A stretch of DNA of 64,000 bases, taken from the NCBI GenBank assembly GCA_965249275.1, contig CBDFLQ010000007.1:192001-256000 (forward strand), given 5' to 3'. How positions within the stretch are numbered: position 1 is the stretch's first letter; every line of letters starts with the position of its first letter. The position numbers and the translations under genes were made by a program. The stretch is from Dehalococcoidia bacterium (GTDB lineage: Bacteria; Chloroflexota; Dehalococcoidia; Plut-88900). Positions 40,455 to 50,236 of the stretch are shown here, one piece after another. The notes below the pieces were generated by a model. It worked only from the letters and a program-made list of their open reading frames with translations, was not told where the DNA came from and searched no databases.

Positions 40455-41770
40455 TGATTCCTCGGTATTCAAGGCCGGCGATGTCTCGGGTGTGGGAAGA
40501 CGACGCCCGTTATGACAAGTGGCTCCAGATAGAGGTCGCCGTTTGCGAGGCGTGGACGGAAGAGGGAGTCATCCCCGAATCGGAGATGGAGCTAATCCGC
40601 GGCGCCACCTACGATCTGGCGATATTCGATGAGGCTATGAAGGAGACCAAGCACGACATGACCGCGTTCCTGCGGGCCATGTACCCGAGCGTCGGGAGCG
40701 GGGCGAGGTATCTGCACCTGGGTTTGACTACCTCCGACGTGTGGGACACTGCTCTGAGCATGCAGATGGTGGAGGCGGTGGGGCTGCTGCTGGGGGAAGT
40801 TGACCGGCTGATCCGTGCACTGGAGTCGAAAGCCCGGGAGCACAAGGACACGGTGATGATCGGGCGGACACACGGTGTGCACGCCGAGCCGATCACATTC
40901 GGGCTAAAGCTGGCGCTTTGGGTCGACGAGATGAGGCGGAACCGGGAGAGGATGGAGAGGTTGAAGGGGTCGGTGGGGGTGGGGAAGATCTCGGGGGCGG
41001 TGGGGACGTATGCCTTGGTGTCGCCGGAGATAGAGGAGCGGGTGTGCCGGAGGCTGGGCCTAACGCCGGCGCGGATTTCGAGCCAGATAGTTCAGCGGGA
41101 CATCCACGCCGAGTTTTCCATGACCCTGGCCTTGGTCGGGGCTTCTTTGGAGAAGTTTGCAACGGAGTTAAGGGGACTGCAACGCACGGAGATCCTGGAA
41201 GTCGAGGAGCCGTTCGGCAAGGGACAGACGGGGTCGTCGGCGATGCCGCACAAGCGCAATCCGATCATCTGTGAAAGGATATGCGGGCTGGCCCGGGTGA
41301 TGCGCGGGCACGTTGTGGCAGCGTTGGAGGACGTGGCGCTCTGGAACGAGAGGGACATCAGCCATTCGTCGGTGGAACGGATTATTATGCCGGACTCCTG
41401 CCTGGCGCTGGACTATTGTCTCGACCTGTTCACGGGGGTCATCGAAGGTATGACGGTCCATAGCGAGAACATGACTAGGAACCTGGAGTCGACGCGGGGG
41501 CTGGTGTTTTCGCAGAGGGTGTTGACCCGGCTTATCGAGTCGGGGCTGGACCGGAACGAGGCCTACGGGGTCGTGCAGAAGCATTCTTTGGAGTCCTGGG
41601 CAGAAGGCAAAGATTTTCGCAAGCTGCTCCTTGATGACTCACAGGTGACGGATCGGGTGCCTGCGGAGGAATTGCGATCATTGTTCGAGTACGGGTTCTA
41701 TGTACGCCACGTCGACGAGGTCTTTCGTCGGCTAGGCTTGAATAACGGCGTAACAGGTGAAGCAAAATGA
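40454..41770 (+). CDS. purB: Adenylosuccinate lyase
   Basis: MIPRY, GRTHGVHAEP, GSSAMPHKRNP, ERDISHSSVER. Confidence 0.97.
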   Translation: MIPRYSRPAMSRVWEDDARYDKWLQIEVAVCEAWTEEGVIPESEMELIRGATYDLAIFDEAMKETKHDMTAFLRAMYPSVGSGARYLHLGLTTSDVWDTALSMQMVEAVGLLLGEVDRLIRALESKAREHKDTVMIGRTHGVHAEPITFGLKLALWVDEMRRNRERMERLKGSVGVGKISGAVGTYALVSPEIEERVCRRLGLTPARISSQIVQRDIHAEFSMTLALVGASLEKFATELRGLQRTEILEVEEPFGKGQTGSSAMPHKRNPIICERICGLARVMRGHVVAALEDVALWNERDISHSSVERIIMPDSCLALDYCLDLFTGVIEGMTVHSENMTRNLESTRGLVFSQRVLTRLIESGLDRNEAYGVVQKHSLESWAEGKDFRKLLLDDSQVTDRVPAEELRSLFEYGFYVRHVDEVFRRLGLNNGVTGEAK

Positions 41771-42666
41771 TAACTCTCACAGACTCGGCGCTGCCCAATA
41801 TCCTGTACCGGGGCAAGGTTAGGGACACCTACGAAGTAAAAGGCAAGCTGCTGATGGTGGCTACGGACCGGATCTCGGCGTTCGACATTGTATTGCCGAG
41901 CGGGATACCGGGTAAGGGTAAGATACTGTCCCTGATGTCGGCGTTCTGGTTCCTACGAACGGGACAGCTGGTGCCGAACCACTATATCGCAATGGCGGGG
42001 GATGCGGAGGGGTTGGGGGAGCTGGCCGGAGCGGTGGAGGCGATGGGTGTGCCGACCGAGGTAGCCGACAGGGCGATGGTGGTGAAGAAGGCGGAGAGGA
42101 TCGACATTGAGTGCATAGTGAGGGGTCACATCACGGGGTCGGCTTGGTCGGAGTACAAGAGACAGGGCACGGCGGGAACATTGCCGATGCCGGCGGGACT
42201 GTTAGAGTCCCAGAAGTTCCCGGAGCCGCTCTTCACGCCGACGACCAAGGCAGAGACGGGCCACGATGAGAACATGACGTACCAGCAGGTGCAGGACATG
42301 GTCGGCGATGAGATGGCCGACAGGCTTCGGGACACGAGCATCGCGGTGTACGCTTTCGCTCGGGACTACGCGGCGGAGCGGGGAATAATCATCGCAGACA
42401 CGAAGATGGAGTTCGGGATAATTGACGGTCAGCTGTACCTTATCGACGAATTGCTGACACCGGACTCGAGCAGGTTCTGGGATGCGGAGCAATTTGAGGT
42501 TGGCAGGTCGCAGCAGAGCTTCGACAAGCAGTACGTGAGGGACTGGTTGATAGAGTCGGGTTGGGACCGGGAACCTCCCGCTCCTCCCCTCCCTGATGAT
42601 GTGGCAAACAAAACTGCAGAGCGCTACGAAGAGGCTTACATGCGGTTGACAGGGAAAAAGCTATAA
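41767..42666 (+). CDS. purC: SAICAR synthetase
   Basis: GKVRDTY, TDRISAFD, ADTKMEFG, DELLTPDSSRFW. Confidence 0.96.
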   Translation: MITLTDSALPNILYRGKVRDTYEVKGKLLMVATDRISAFDIVLPSGIPGKGKILSLMSAFWFLRTGQLVPNHYIAMAGDAEGLGELAGAVEAMGVPTEVADRAMVVKKAERIDIECIVRGHITGSAWSEYKRQGTAGTLPMPAGLLESQKFPEPLFTPTTKAETGHDENMTYQQVQDMVGDEMADRLRDTSIAVYAFARDYAAERGIIIADTKMEFGIIDGQLYLIDELLTPDSSRFWDAEQFEVGRSQQSFDKQYVRDWLIESGWDREPPAPPLPDDVANKTAERYEEAYMRLTGKKL

Positions 42667-42708
42667 TGGGATACTTGATTGTGAACTTAAGTACGAATAG
42701 AGGATAAT

Positions 42709-43344
42709 TTGGCAAGACGTAGAGGTCCGGTCGGGCCGCCCAGCGGCAAATCTTTCTGGCAGAAATATCAGTGGTTCATCATAGCCGGAGTGGCGCTTTT
42801 CTTTGTGATTACGGTGATCGCGCCGGCGTTGACCAACACTCCGGAGCAGCCGGAGGAAACGAATGAAGGCACTGCACCGGATGCGGTAGCCGGGGCCACG
42901 GTTCCGGGAGAGTTCTACTTCAAGTCCACGTCGGCCGAGCACATCCCCGTTGGATCCAGGGGCTCAGGGTACGCCTCCGACCCGCCCACCTCGGGTCAGC
43001 ATTGGTCCGAGCAGGGTCTGGCCCCCATTAGCTGGGGCCTCTACGGCGACATCGTTCCCGATGAAGTGCTGATTCACAACATGGAGCACGGAGGGATAAT
43101 TGCTTACTACCGTCCCTCGGCGCCGCCAGCGGAGGTGGAGCAACTCAGGCAGTTCATGATGGCGCAGCCCGGATACCCAAAGGGTTACATAGTGGCGCCG
43201 CGTGCTACGTTGCCGGCGGACATTACCCTGGCCGCTTGGGAATATTATCTGCCGCTGTTCCAGTACAATGAGGCCACGATAACATCATTCATCAACGCAC
43301 ACTATGATCAGGGCCCGGAGACGGTGGACGGACAGCTGAGATAG
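42709..43344 (+). CDS. DUF3105 domain membrane-anchored protein
   Basis: TM segment then Y.SDPPTSG.HW, HNMEHGG, AAW, GPE. Confidence 0.82.
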   Translation: MARRRGPVGPPSGKSFWQKYQWFIIAGVALFFVITVIAPALTNTPEQPEETNEGTAPDAVAGATVPGEFYFKSTSAEHIPVGSRGSGYASDPPTSGQHWSEQGLAPISWGLYGDIVPDEVLIHNMEHGGIIAYYRPSAPPAEVEQLRQFMMAQPGYPKGYIVAPRATLPADITLAAWEYYLPLFQYNEATITSFINAHYDQGPETVDGQLR

Positions 43345-43363
43345 ACGGCGCAGACACGAGGGA

Positions 43364-43612
43364 ATGTACCTAGCGAAAGTCCACGTAACGCTGAAACCGA
43401 CCGTGAACGACCCCCAGGGACTCACAATCCTGGGGGCTCTTCATTCTTTGGGATTTGCGTCAGCGCGGGAGGTGAGGGCGGGGAAGTATATTGAGGTCAG
43501 GGTGGACGAGGGGACTCAAGAGGCGGCTGAGGCGCAGGTTGGGGAGATGTGCAGGAAGCTGCTGGCCAACCCGGTGATTGAGAGTTTTTCGTTCGAGGTT
43601 TTGGAGGGGTAG
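43364..43612 (+). CDS. purS: FGAM synthase subunit PurS
   Basis: VTLKPTVNDPQG, VRAGKYIE, MC.KLLANPVIE. Confidence 0.95.
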   Translation: MYLAKVHVTLKPTVNDPQGLTILGALHSLGFASAREVRAGKYIEVRVDEGTQEAAEAQVGEMCRKLLANPVIESFSFEVLEG

Positions 43613-43820
43613 GACTCCCCTCAACCCCCCGTCATCACGTGTCCCCGCTATGAATCTGAGGGACAGCGTCCTCTCCGTCATTCCGGCCGCCGAGAGTCGG
43701 TCGAAGATGCGCCGAGGCGTGAATCCATCCTTGGGGAGAGGCCGCTCATCCTGAGCACCGTCGAAGGGTCGAGCGGGGGGCGGTCCCGCACTGCCAATCC
43801 GTCGTGCCCGTCCCCCAAAA

Positions 43821-43864
43821 GTGACACGAACCCCTTGACTGTATGCGTACATGTGTACTATTAT
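43821..43864 (+). promoter_or_regulatory. Promoter of structured element copy 1 (TTGACT-18-TATTAT, GTAC-N4-GTAC box)
   Basis: Same spacing conserved in copies 2 and 3. Confidence 0.6.
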
Positions 43865-44495
43865 CCCCCTCGACTAGCTCGTCACACACCTAAACCCAAG
43901 GAGGAACCAAAAACCCAGGGGAAGCCCACCCGATCCACCCGAGGACTCAACGCCTCAGCCCATCCCAACGGCCCATACACGGGGCCCGCGGCTCAAGCGA
44001 AAGTCGCCATCTCCTCATCCCACGGGTCCCGTGCACCCTTCCCTGATCCCCAGGCGATGGAAGGTCCACAGACTATGCTCGGCAGGCCCCGTCCAACGAC
44101 GCACCTGCCGATTCAACGCTCCACATCATCGGATGCGTTTGTCCCGGCCCATTGCGCGCCGGTTTCCCGGGTAGGTCAACCGACCCCCGGTTTAGCAAGG
44201 CCCTCGTGCCTTGTTTGTCCCGCCGTCCCTGCCATCCGTCTACCCGGCGGATGCACCGGGACGCCGGTTATGAAAGTCCGCCTCAGGCGGCATCTTCCCC
44301 GTCAGCGGTCCGGTCAAGTGCCGCTGCCGGTGGGATCGGCCCCACACAACCCTGACCACAGCCGACAACGTGTGGGGATAATCCAGACCGGCGCCGACGG
44401 CTCGGCAGCAACCTCCGGCCTGGTTTCTAGTTACCGGGCCTTCCATCGCAGACCCTCCCAAACAAAACCGAAACCAACACCCCAAAACCCAATCG
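43821..44495 (+). ncRNA. Putative large structured ncRNA, copy 1 (coordinates include promoter)
   Basis: Homologous to 55112-55766 and 58573-59263; long-range helix 44054-44067/44436-44449; no conserved reading frame. Confidence 0.65.
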
Positions 44496-44673
44496 AATTT
44501 GCTGCAAGTGGAACACCCGCCTATGGAGGGCAGAACGTCCGCCTGGGGAGGTCCGCCTCAGGAGGACTAAAGAAAAACCCGGTGTGTCACTAATCTATCG
44601 AACGAGTACACCATATTGACCCCACTCCCCCCACCCCTTACCATTCCCACGCCGACCCACCAGGAGCACACCC

Positions 44674-46203
44674 TTGCCATCCACCGACTATGACGTAATC
44701 ATCATCGGCGCGGGCCACAACGGGCTCACCGCCGCCGCATATCTCGCCAAAGCCGGCCTCCGAGTCCTATCCCTCGAACGCCGCAGCGTCCTCGGCGGCG
44801 CAACCCTCACCGACGAGATATTTCCCGGCTACCGCCTTCCCCGCTATTCCTATGCCGCCCTCCTTCTAGAAGGCAAAGTTGTGCAGGACCTAGACCTCGA
44901 ATCCCACGGCCTCAAGGTCCTCCCCGTCGACCCCGAACGCATCCACCCCTTCCCCGACGGTCGAGCCGTACGAGTCTGGAACGACGACGCCCAGGTCGCC
45001 GAGGAAATCGCCCGCATCTCGCCCCCTGATGCCGACGCCTACCTCAAATGGGTCGACTTCTGGGTGAGGGCCGCCCACATCATTCACCCTTATATGCTTA
45101 CCTCCCCTCCCACCCTCGCCGAGGTCATGGCCTCCGTCCAGGGCACCGACGACGAGGCAGTCCTCGAACGTATCCTCTTCGGCTCCGCCTACGACATGCT
45201 CGACCAGTTCTTCGAGTCGGAGCAGGTCAAGGCGCTCTTCGCCTGGTCCTTCAACGACGCCCCCCTCTTCTTCGCTCGCCTGGAGACCTCCCGCTTCGGC
45301 GACCCCCGATACCAGGGCATCCTCCAGGGTGGCATGGGCAGCCTTCCCCGTTCCATCGAAGGAGCCGCCCGCTCCTACGGCGCTCAGTTCGAGACCAGCG
45401 CCGAGGTCCGACGTGTCCTCATTGAAAACTGCTCGGCCATCGGCGTAGAGCTTACCGACGGTCGTCAGATCAGGGCCGGGACGGTAGTCTCCAACCTCGA
45501 CCCCAAGCGCTCCCTCCTGGACATTGTCGACGAGGGACACCTCCCCTCCGACTTCCGGGCCCGCATCCGCTCCCTAAAGAACATGCGCGCCTCCATGAAG
45601 CTCCACGCCTCCCTCTCCGAGCCCCCTGACCTGAGCCACTACTTTGGCGGGGACTGGGACCTCGGATACCTGGGCCGTGTCAGGATGTGCCCTAGCCTCG
45701 ACCATGTGCGCGCCGGTCGCGCCGACGCCGATGCCGGCCGTCTCCCCCAGCACCCCTCCATGATCATGCAAATCCCTTCCGTCTACGACCCCTCAATGGC
45801 CCCCGAGGGCAAACACTGCATGTCGGTATGGGTCGAGACTGCCGCCTTCGAGCTAGCCGACGGCTCCTGGGACGACGCCCGGGAACAGGTCGCTGACATC
45901 ATCGTCGACGCCCTTTCCGTCTACGCCCCCAACATCAAGGACGCCATCATCGATAGGCAGGTCGTTACGCCCTTGGACCTCGTCCGCGAGGTCGGCCTCA
46001 CCAACGGCGACATCCTCCACTTGGATATGACCCCTCAACAGTTCTTCGCCTCTCGGCCCCTCCGAGGCTGGAACAGCTATCGCACCCCAATCGGAAACTA
46101 CTATCTCTGCGGAGCCGGGACCCATCCGGGCGGCTACGTGTCCGGGGCCCCGGGCCACAACGCCGCCCATGCCATCCTCCGAGACATGGAGCTCGCTTCT
46201 TGA
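44674..46203 (+). CDS. Phytoene dehydrogenase-like FAD oxidoreductase
   Basis: IGAGHNGL.AAAYLAKAG, GGMG, YLCGAGTHPGG.VSGAPGHNAA. Confidence 0.9.
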   Translation: MPSTDYDVIIIGAGHNGLTAAAYLAKAGLRVLSLERRSVLGGATLTDEIFPGYRLPRYSYAALLLEGKVVQDLDLESHGLKVLPVDPERIHPFPDGRAVRVWNDDAQVAEEIARISPPDADAYLKWVDFWVRAAHIIHPYMLTSPPTLAEVMASVQGTDDEAVLERILFGSAYDMLDQFFESEQVKALFAWSFNDAPLFFARLETSRFGDPRYQGILQGGMGSLPRSIEGAARSYGAQFETSAEVRRVLIENCSAIGVELTDGRQIRAGTVVSNLDPKRSLLDIVDEGHLPSDFRARIRSLKNMRASMKLHASLSEPPDLSHYFGGDWDLGYLGRVRMCPSLDHVRAGRADADAGRLPQHPSMIMQIPSVYDPSMAPEGKHCMSVWVETAAFELADGSWDDAREQVADIIVDALSVYAPNIKDAIIDRQVVTPLDLVREVGLTNGDILHLDMTPQQFFASRPLRGWNSYRTPIGNYYLCGAGTHPGGYVSGAPGHNAAHAILRDMELAS

Positions 46204-47021
46204 CCACCTCCCATCACCCCACCGACCCCGAACTTTTTACGTCCGAGTCCATCCGTAACAACCTCAACACTTCCTTCATGGGCCGCGACCTTCTTTTCTA
46301 CGACACCCTTCCCACCACCATGGATGTCGCCGATATGAAGGCCATGGCAGGCGCTTCCGAGGGCACTGTCATCCTCGCCGACGACCAGACGGCAGGCCGG
46401 GGCCGCTTCGACCGACAGTGGGTCGTCGAGAAAGGTGCTGCCATTGCAGTCTCGATCATCCTTCGTCCTCCACCCCCCGTCTCCGCCCGTCTCCATATAG
46501 TCTGCTCTCTCGCCGTGGCCCGTGCCGCCGAGACCGCCGCCGGACTCAAACCCGCCATCAAATGGCCCAACGATGTCCTTATCGACGGCAAAAAGACCTC
46601 CGGAATACTCCTCACTTCCAACCGGGACCGAGATGGCAAGTTATATGTGAACGCGGGTATCGGCATCAACGTCAACCAGACCGCCGAGTCCCTCTCCGAA
46701 ATCACCCCGCCCGCCACCAGCCTCCGCGTGCAGGCGGGCCAACCCGTCTCCCGTTTAGAAGTCTTCTGCGCCCTGCTCCATCACTTGGAAAAGCTCTATC
46801 TCGAAGCCGTCTCAGGCAGCGATCTGCTCGACCTGTGGCGCTCCTATCTCATCACCCTCGGCCAGCACGTTCGTGTACAATGGCGCAGAGAGGACATGCT
46901 CGGTTTCGTGGAGGAAGGCCGTGCCGAAGACATCGACGAATTCGGCCGCCTCCTCCTCCGCACCGACGAAGGCGAGCTGAAAACCCTGGTATCCGGAGAA
47001 GTTACGCTGCACGGCCAATAG
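46200..47021 (+). CDS. birA: Biotin-protein ligase (no N-terminal HTH)
   Basis: QTAGRGR, KWPNDVLI.GKK.SGIL, GIGINV. Confidence 0.92.
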   Translation: MTTSHHPTDPELFTSESIRNNLNTSFMGRDLLFYDTLPTTMDVADMKAMAGASEGTVILADDQTAGRGRFDRQWVVEKGAAIAVSIILRPPPPVSARLHIVCSLAVARAAETAAGLKPAIKWPNDVLIDGKKTSGILLTSNRDRDGKLYVNAGIGINVNQTAESLSEITPPATSLRVQAGQPVSRLEVFCALLHHLEKLYLEAVSGSDLLDLWRSYLITLGQHVRVQWRREDMLGFVEEGRAEDIDEFGRLLLRTDEGELKTLVSGEVTLHGQ

Positions 47022-47057
47022 CGGCCACAACCCAATCCCTTCTACACTGGTCACAAT

Positions 47058-47870
47058 ATGACGGACGCATACGATTTTTCAGGACGCGTGGCCCTTGTAA
47101 CAGGCGGAGGCTCAGGCCTCGGTAGAGAGGTCGCCGTGGCCCTTGCCAAGCTTGGCGCCGACGTCGTTGCCGCAGGCCGAAGGCCGGGCCCCATCCAGGA
47201 GACTGTCGACACCATCCTGGCCAATGGCGGCAGGGCCATCGCCGTCTCCACCGACGTGACCGACTCCCAAAAGGTCGACTCCCTTGTCGAGCGCACCGTC
47301 TCCGAGTTCGGCCGCATCGACATCCTCGTCAACAACGCCGGCATCTCCGGCGCAGATGACCCTGAGAAACCAGTATGGGAAATCACCGACGAGGTATGGC
47401 ACCGTGGCATTGACGGCGAGCTAACCGGCTCCTTCTTCTGTGCCCGTGCCGCGGGCAAGCACATGGTCGGTCAGCGCTACGGCAAGATCGTCAACGTCTC
47501 CTCCGGATTTGGTTATGGCACCCAGCGCGGCCAAGTCATGTACGGCGTCGCCAAGGCGGGCGTCATTCAGCTGACCCGAGTCCTCGCCATGCAGTGGGCC
47601 CGAGACAACGTCAACGTCAACTGCATCGTTCCCGGCCTCTTCTACACCCTCCCCGAGGAGATGGAGCGAACCATAGAAGAGCGCGGGCACCGCTTCATCC
47701 CCGTCGGTTTCGTAGCCACGGCCAAAGACCTCGTCGACCTCGTCCTCCTGCTCTGCTCCGACGCCTCGTCCTACATGACCGGCGAGAACATCATGGTCGA
47801 TGGCGCTGCTCTCATCGGCGCTTACGCTCCCTGGGGCTACCAGCCCCTCACCCCGACCCCGGAGGCCTGA
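47058..47870 (+). CDS. SDR oxidoreductase
   Basis: TGGGSGLG, NNAG, YGVAK. Confidence 0.92.
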   Translation: MTDAYDFSGRVALVTGGGSGLGREVAVALAKLGADVVAAGRRPGPIQETVDTILANGGRAIAVSTDVTDSQKVDSLVERTVSEFGRIDILVNNAGISGADDPEKPVWEITDEVWHRGIDGELTGSFFCARAAGKHMVGQRYGKIVNVSSGFGYGTQRGQVMYGVAKAGVIQLTRVLAMQWARDNVNVNCIVPGLFYTLPEEMERTIEERGHRFIPVGFVATAKDLVDLVLLLCSDASSYMTGENIMVDGAALIGAYAPWGYQPLTPTPEA

Positions 47871-47871
47871 C

Positions 47872-48585
47872 ATGTCCCCCGCTCCTTTCAATCTTAAGGG
47901 CAGAAACGCAGTCCTTGTGACACGGGGTGGCATCAATGCCCCCGCCCTCGCTGCCGCACTCACAGATGCAGGTGCAAGCCTCGCAGTGGTCCACCCCGAG
48001 TCGACCACCCCACCCCCCACCCCCAAGGCTGTGTCCTGGCCCGGTGACACGGATGGCCTCGAAGATGCGGTTTCCAGTGCCATTTTCGACCTCGGCGGCA
48101 TAGACATTCTTGTAAACGACCTCGCTGCCGACTTCGCCAAGCCCCTCGCCGATATGACCTATGCAGAATGGCGCACCACCATAGACCTGAACCTGGACTC
48201 GGTGTTCCTCTCCTGCAAAGCAGCCGCGAGCCACATGCTGGCACAGCAGAGGGGACGCATAGTAAACATCGCCTCGGGTCTCGGGGCACGCGTGGTGGTC
48301 AACCAGAGCGCCTTTTCGGCGGCCGAGGCCGGGGTCATCCACCTCACACGCGCCCTGGGCCTCGAGTGGGCCCGAGACAACGTTCGTGTCAATGCCATCG
48401 TCGGCGGCTGGATCGTCGACTCCGATGACGCACTCCCCGACAAGATTCGCCGCTACGTTCCCATGCAGCGCTGGGGCAGGCCCGAGGACCTCGGCGGCAC
48501 CCTCATCTACCTCGCCTCCGACTCCTGCGCCTTCACCACCGGCGAACCCGTCTTCATAGACGGCGGCATCATGATCCGAACGTAG
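47872..48585 (+). CDS. SDR-fold protein lacking catalytic motifs
   Basis: SDR C-terminal motifs (IVNIAS, EWARDNVRVNAI, FTTGE..IDGG) present, but TRGGINAP replaces TGxxxGxG and FSAAE replaces YxxxK. Confidence 0.82.
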   Translation: MSPAPFNLKGRNAVLVTRGGINAPALAAALTDAGASLAVVHPESTTPPPTPKAVSWPGDTDGLEDAVSSAIFDLGGIDILVNDLAADFAKPLADMTYAEWRTTIDLNLDSVFLSCKAAASHMLAQQRGRIVNIASGLGARVVVNQSAFSAAEAGVIHLTRALGLEWARDNVRVNAIVGGWIVDSDDALPDKIRRYVPMQRWGRPEDLGGTLIYLASDSCAFTTGEPVFIDGGIMIRT

Positions 48586-48819
48586 GATATGCCTGCCACT
48601 TGTGAAGTTCTGTTCCACTCGACTCTCTTTTACCTGTCATTCCGAGGCTCCGCGAGGAATCTAAAGCATTATTTCGCAGCCCAGACTTAAATACCCTCAC
48701 AGCTTCGTCTACCAGCGCCGGCTTCCCCCTCCCCGTAGGGGCGACCGGCCAGTCGCCTTGACTCCCCACCCACCCTGGCCCTCTGGAAAACAAACCCAAT
48801 AGTACAAGGAGAACCCGAC

Positions 48820-49236
48820 ATGGCCACCAAGAAAGCCCTCCCTCTATCCGACGCCCCAGACCGCAGCCACGTTTTCAACTGGGGCCTCAAGGTTTCCGGC
48901 TTCAGCGAGCTCCTCCTCCTCACCGGCCAGATCGACGCCGACCGCGATGGCAACGTCCGACACCCAGGCGACGCCGTAGCACAGACCGAGGCCGTCTTCG
49001 ACTCCCTGGTCGGAATGCTCGAAGCTGAGGGCTGGTCCGTCGACGACGTCATCCGCGTCGAACCGACGATTACCGTGGACTCGGACTCGCCTGAGAATCG
49101 TGAAGGCATATACGCCGTCTGGGCAAACTGCTTCAAAGACGTGGCCGTGAAGCCCGCCGCAGGCACCCTGAGACTCATCAGCGCCCTCGCCCGACCCGGA
49201 TTCTTCGTAGAATTCGAATTCCTCTGCGCCCGTTAG
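48820..49236 (+). CDS. RidA/YjgF family protein
   Basis: LTGQ, GDAVAQTE.VF, LARPGFFVEFE. Confidence 0.85.
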   Translation: MATKKALPLSDAPDRSHVFNWGLKVSGFSELLLLTGQIDADRDGNVRHPGDAVAQTEAVFDSLVGMLEAEGWSVDDVIRVEPTITVDSDSPENREGIYAVWANCFKDVAVKPAAGTLRLISALARPGFFVEFEFLCAR

Positions 49237-49275
49237 GGGGCACCCCTTCGTCTGGACATAAATCGCCCTGGACAT

Positions 49276-49320
49276 AAGGCATCGGCGGGAGCAATGTCTG
49301 CTCCCGCCGATGCCTTTTTT
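49276..49320 (+). terminator. Rho-independent terminator
   Basis: AAGGCATCGGCGGGAGCA-ATGTC-TGCTCCCGCCGATGCCTT followed by a T run, after the RidA gene. Confidence 0.8.
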
Positions 49321-49786
49321 CATTTCCGCGCAATTCTCCCCACTCCCACAACTCCCTTCTCCTTCGACGGTTCTTTGTGGATCCGTATTGCACCCTTTCC
49401 TGCGTCATTCCGGGCCCCGAGCCGGAATCCATCATCTCCCACCCTCTCTGTCCCTCCACTGTACGGGCATCCACGAGGGTTGCTCTAGGGGCGGGGGAAT
49501 CCGTTCACCCTAGGCCTAAGTCGAAGGACAAGTGGATTCCTGGCGCGCTTCAGTCCCCTCTCCCTCAGTGGGTCGCAGATGCTGCAAGTGCGTCTTTGGC
49601 GCACGCCGAGGCGTGAGAGGGCTGGGGTGACTCCCTTCTACCTCTCCAGCTACAAAACACCCTCTATTGCAACCCATACCCCATGTTGCTATCCCCTACC
49701 CATTGCCACCTGTATCCTGCTATGCAATCCCCCGCCCCTTGCCACCCGACTTCCTACGTGCTACCTTCCCGCCGTAAGGAGGTCCC

Positions 49787-50119
49787 ATGCCCCAATCCCT
49801 CACCTGCTGGGAGACCGCCCGACGCCTGAACGTCAAACCTCTATGGGTCCACAGGCTCATCGACAGGGGAGACCTGAAGGTCGTTGGAGACGGCGTCACC
49901 GAGGAGTCCGTCAAGAAGCTCTTGCGCCGCCGCGAGGCACGGAAACGCCCCGCCGGCTACGTCAGCATCAAGCGTGCCTCAGTATTTCTCGGAGTCTCAC
50001 GGCAGCGGGTCCAGCAGCTCTGCGACTCGGGCGCCCTCCGCTCCAAGTCCGTAGAAGGCCGAGTCTGGATCGATGGAGAGAGCGTATTCAAGCGCGCGGA
50101 GGCCCAGCCCCGCCAATAG
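49787..50119 (+). CDS. Small protein with two excisionase/MerR-like HTH repeats
   Basis: AAGGAGG SD; LTCWETARRLNV...V.RLI..GDL and VSIKRASVFLGVSRQRVQQLC.SGAL. Confidence 0.72.
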   Translation: MPQSLTCWETARRLNVKPLWVHRLIDRGDLKVVGDGVTEESVKKLLRRREARKRPAGYVSIKRASVFLGVSRQRVQQLCDSGALRSKSVEGRVWIDGESVFKRAEAQPRQ

Positions 50120-50236
50120 ATACCTATCATTGGAGCAATCCAACTCCCGCCCTCATTTACTGGCCTTTGGCCTTAATGTAGAATTCATCATGCTTAAACT
50201 CATGATTAGACTGTTGAATAACGCTCCGCCGAGACC

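Noticed and set aside
43835-44593. 252-aa ORF over RNA element copy 1
   Set aside because: Starts in the -35 box, has Pro/Arg-rich low-information composition, and the frame is not maintained in the two paralogous copies
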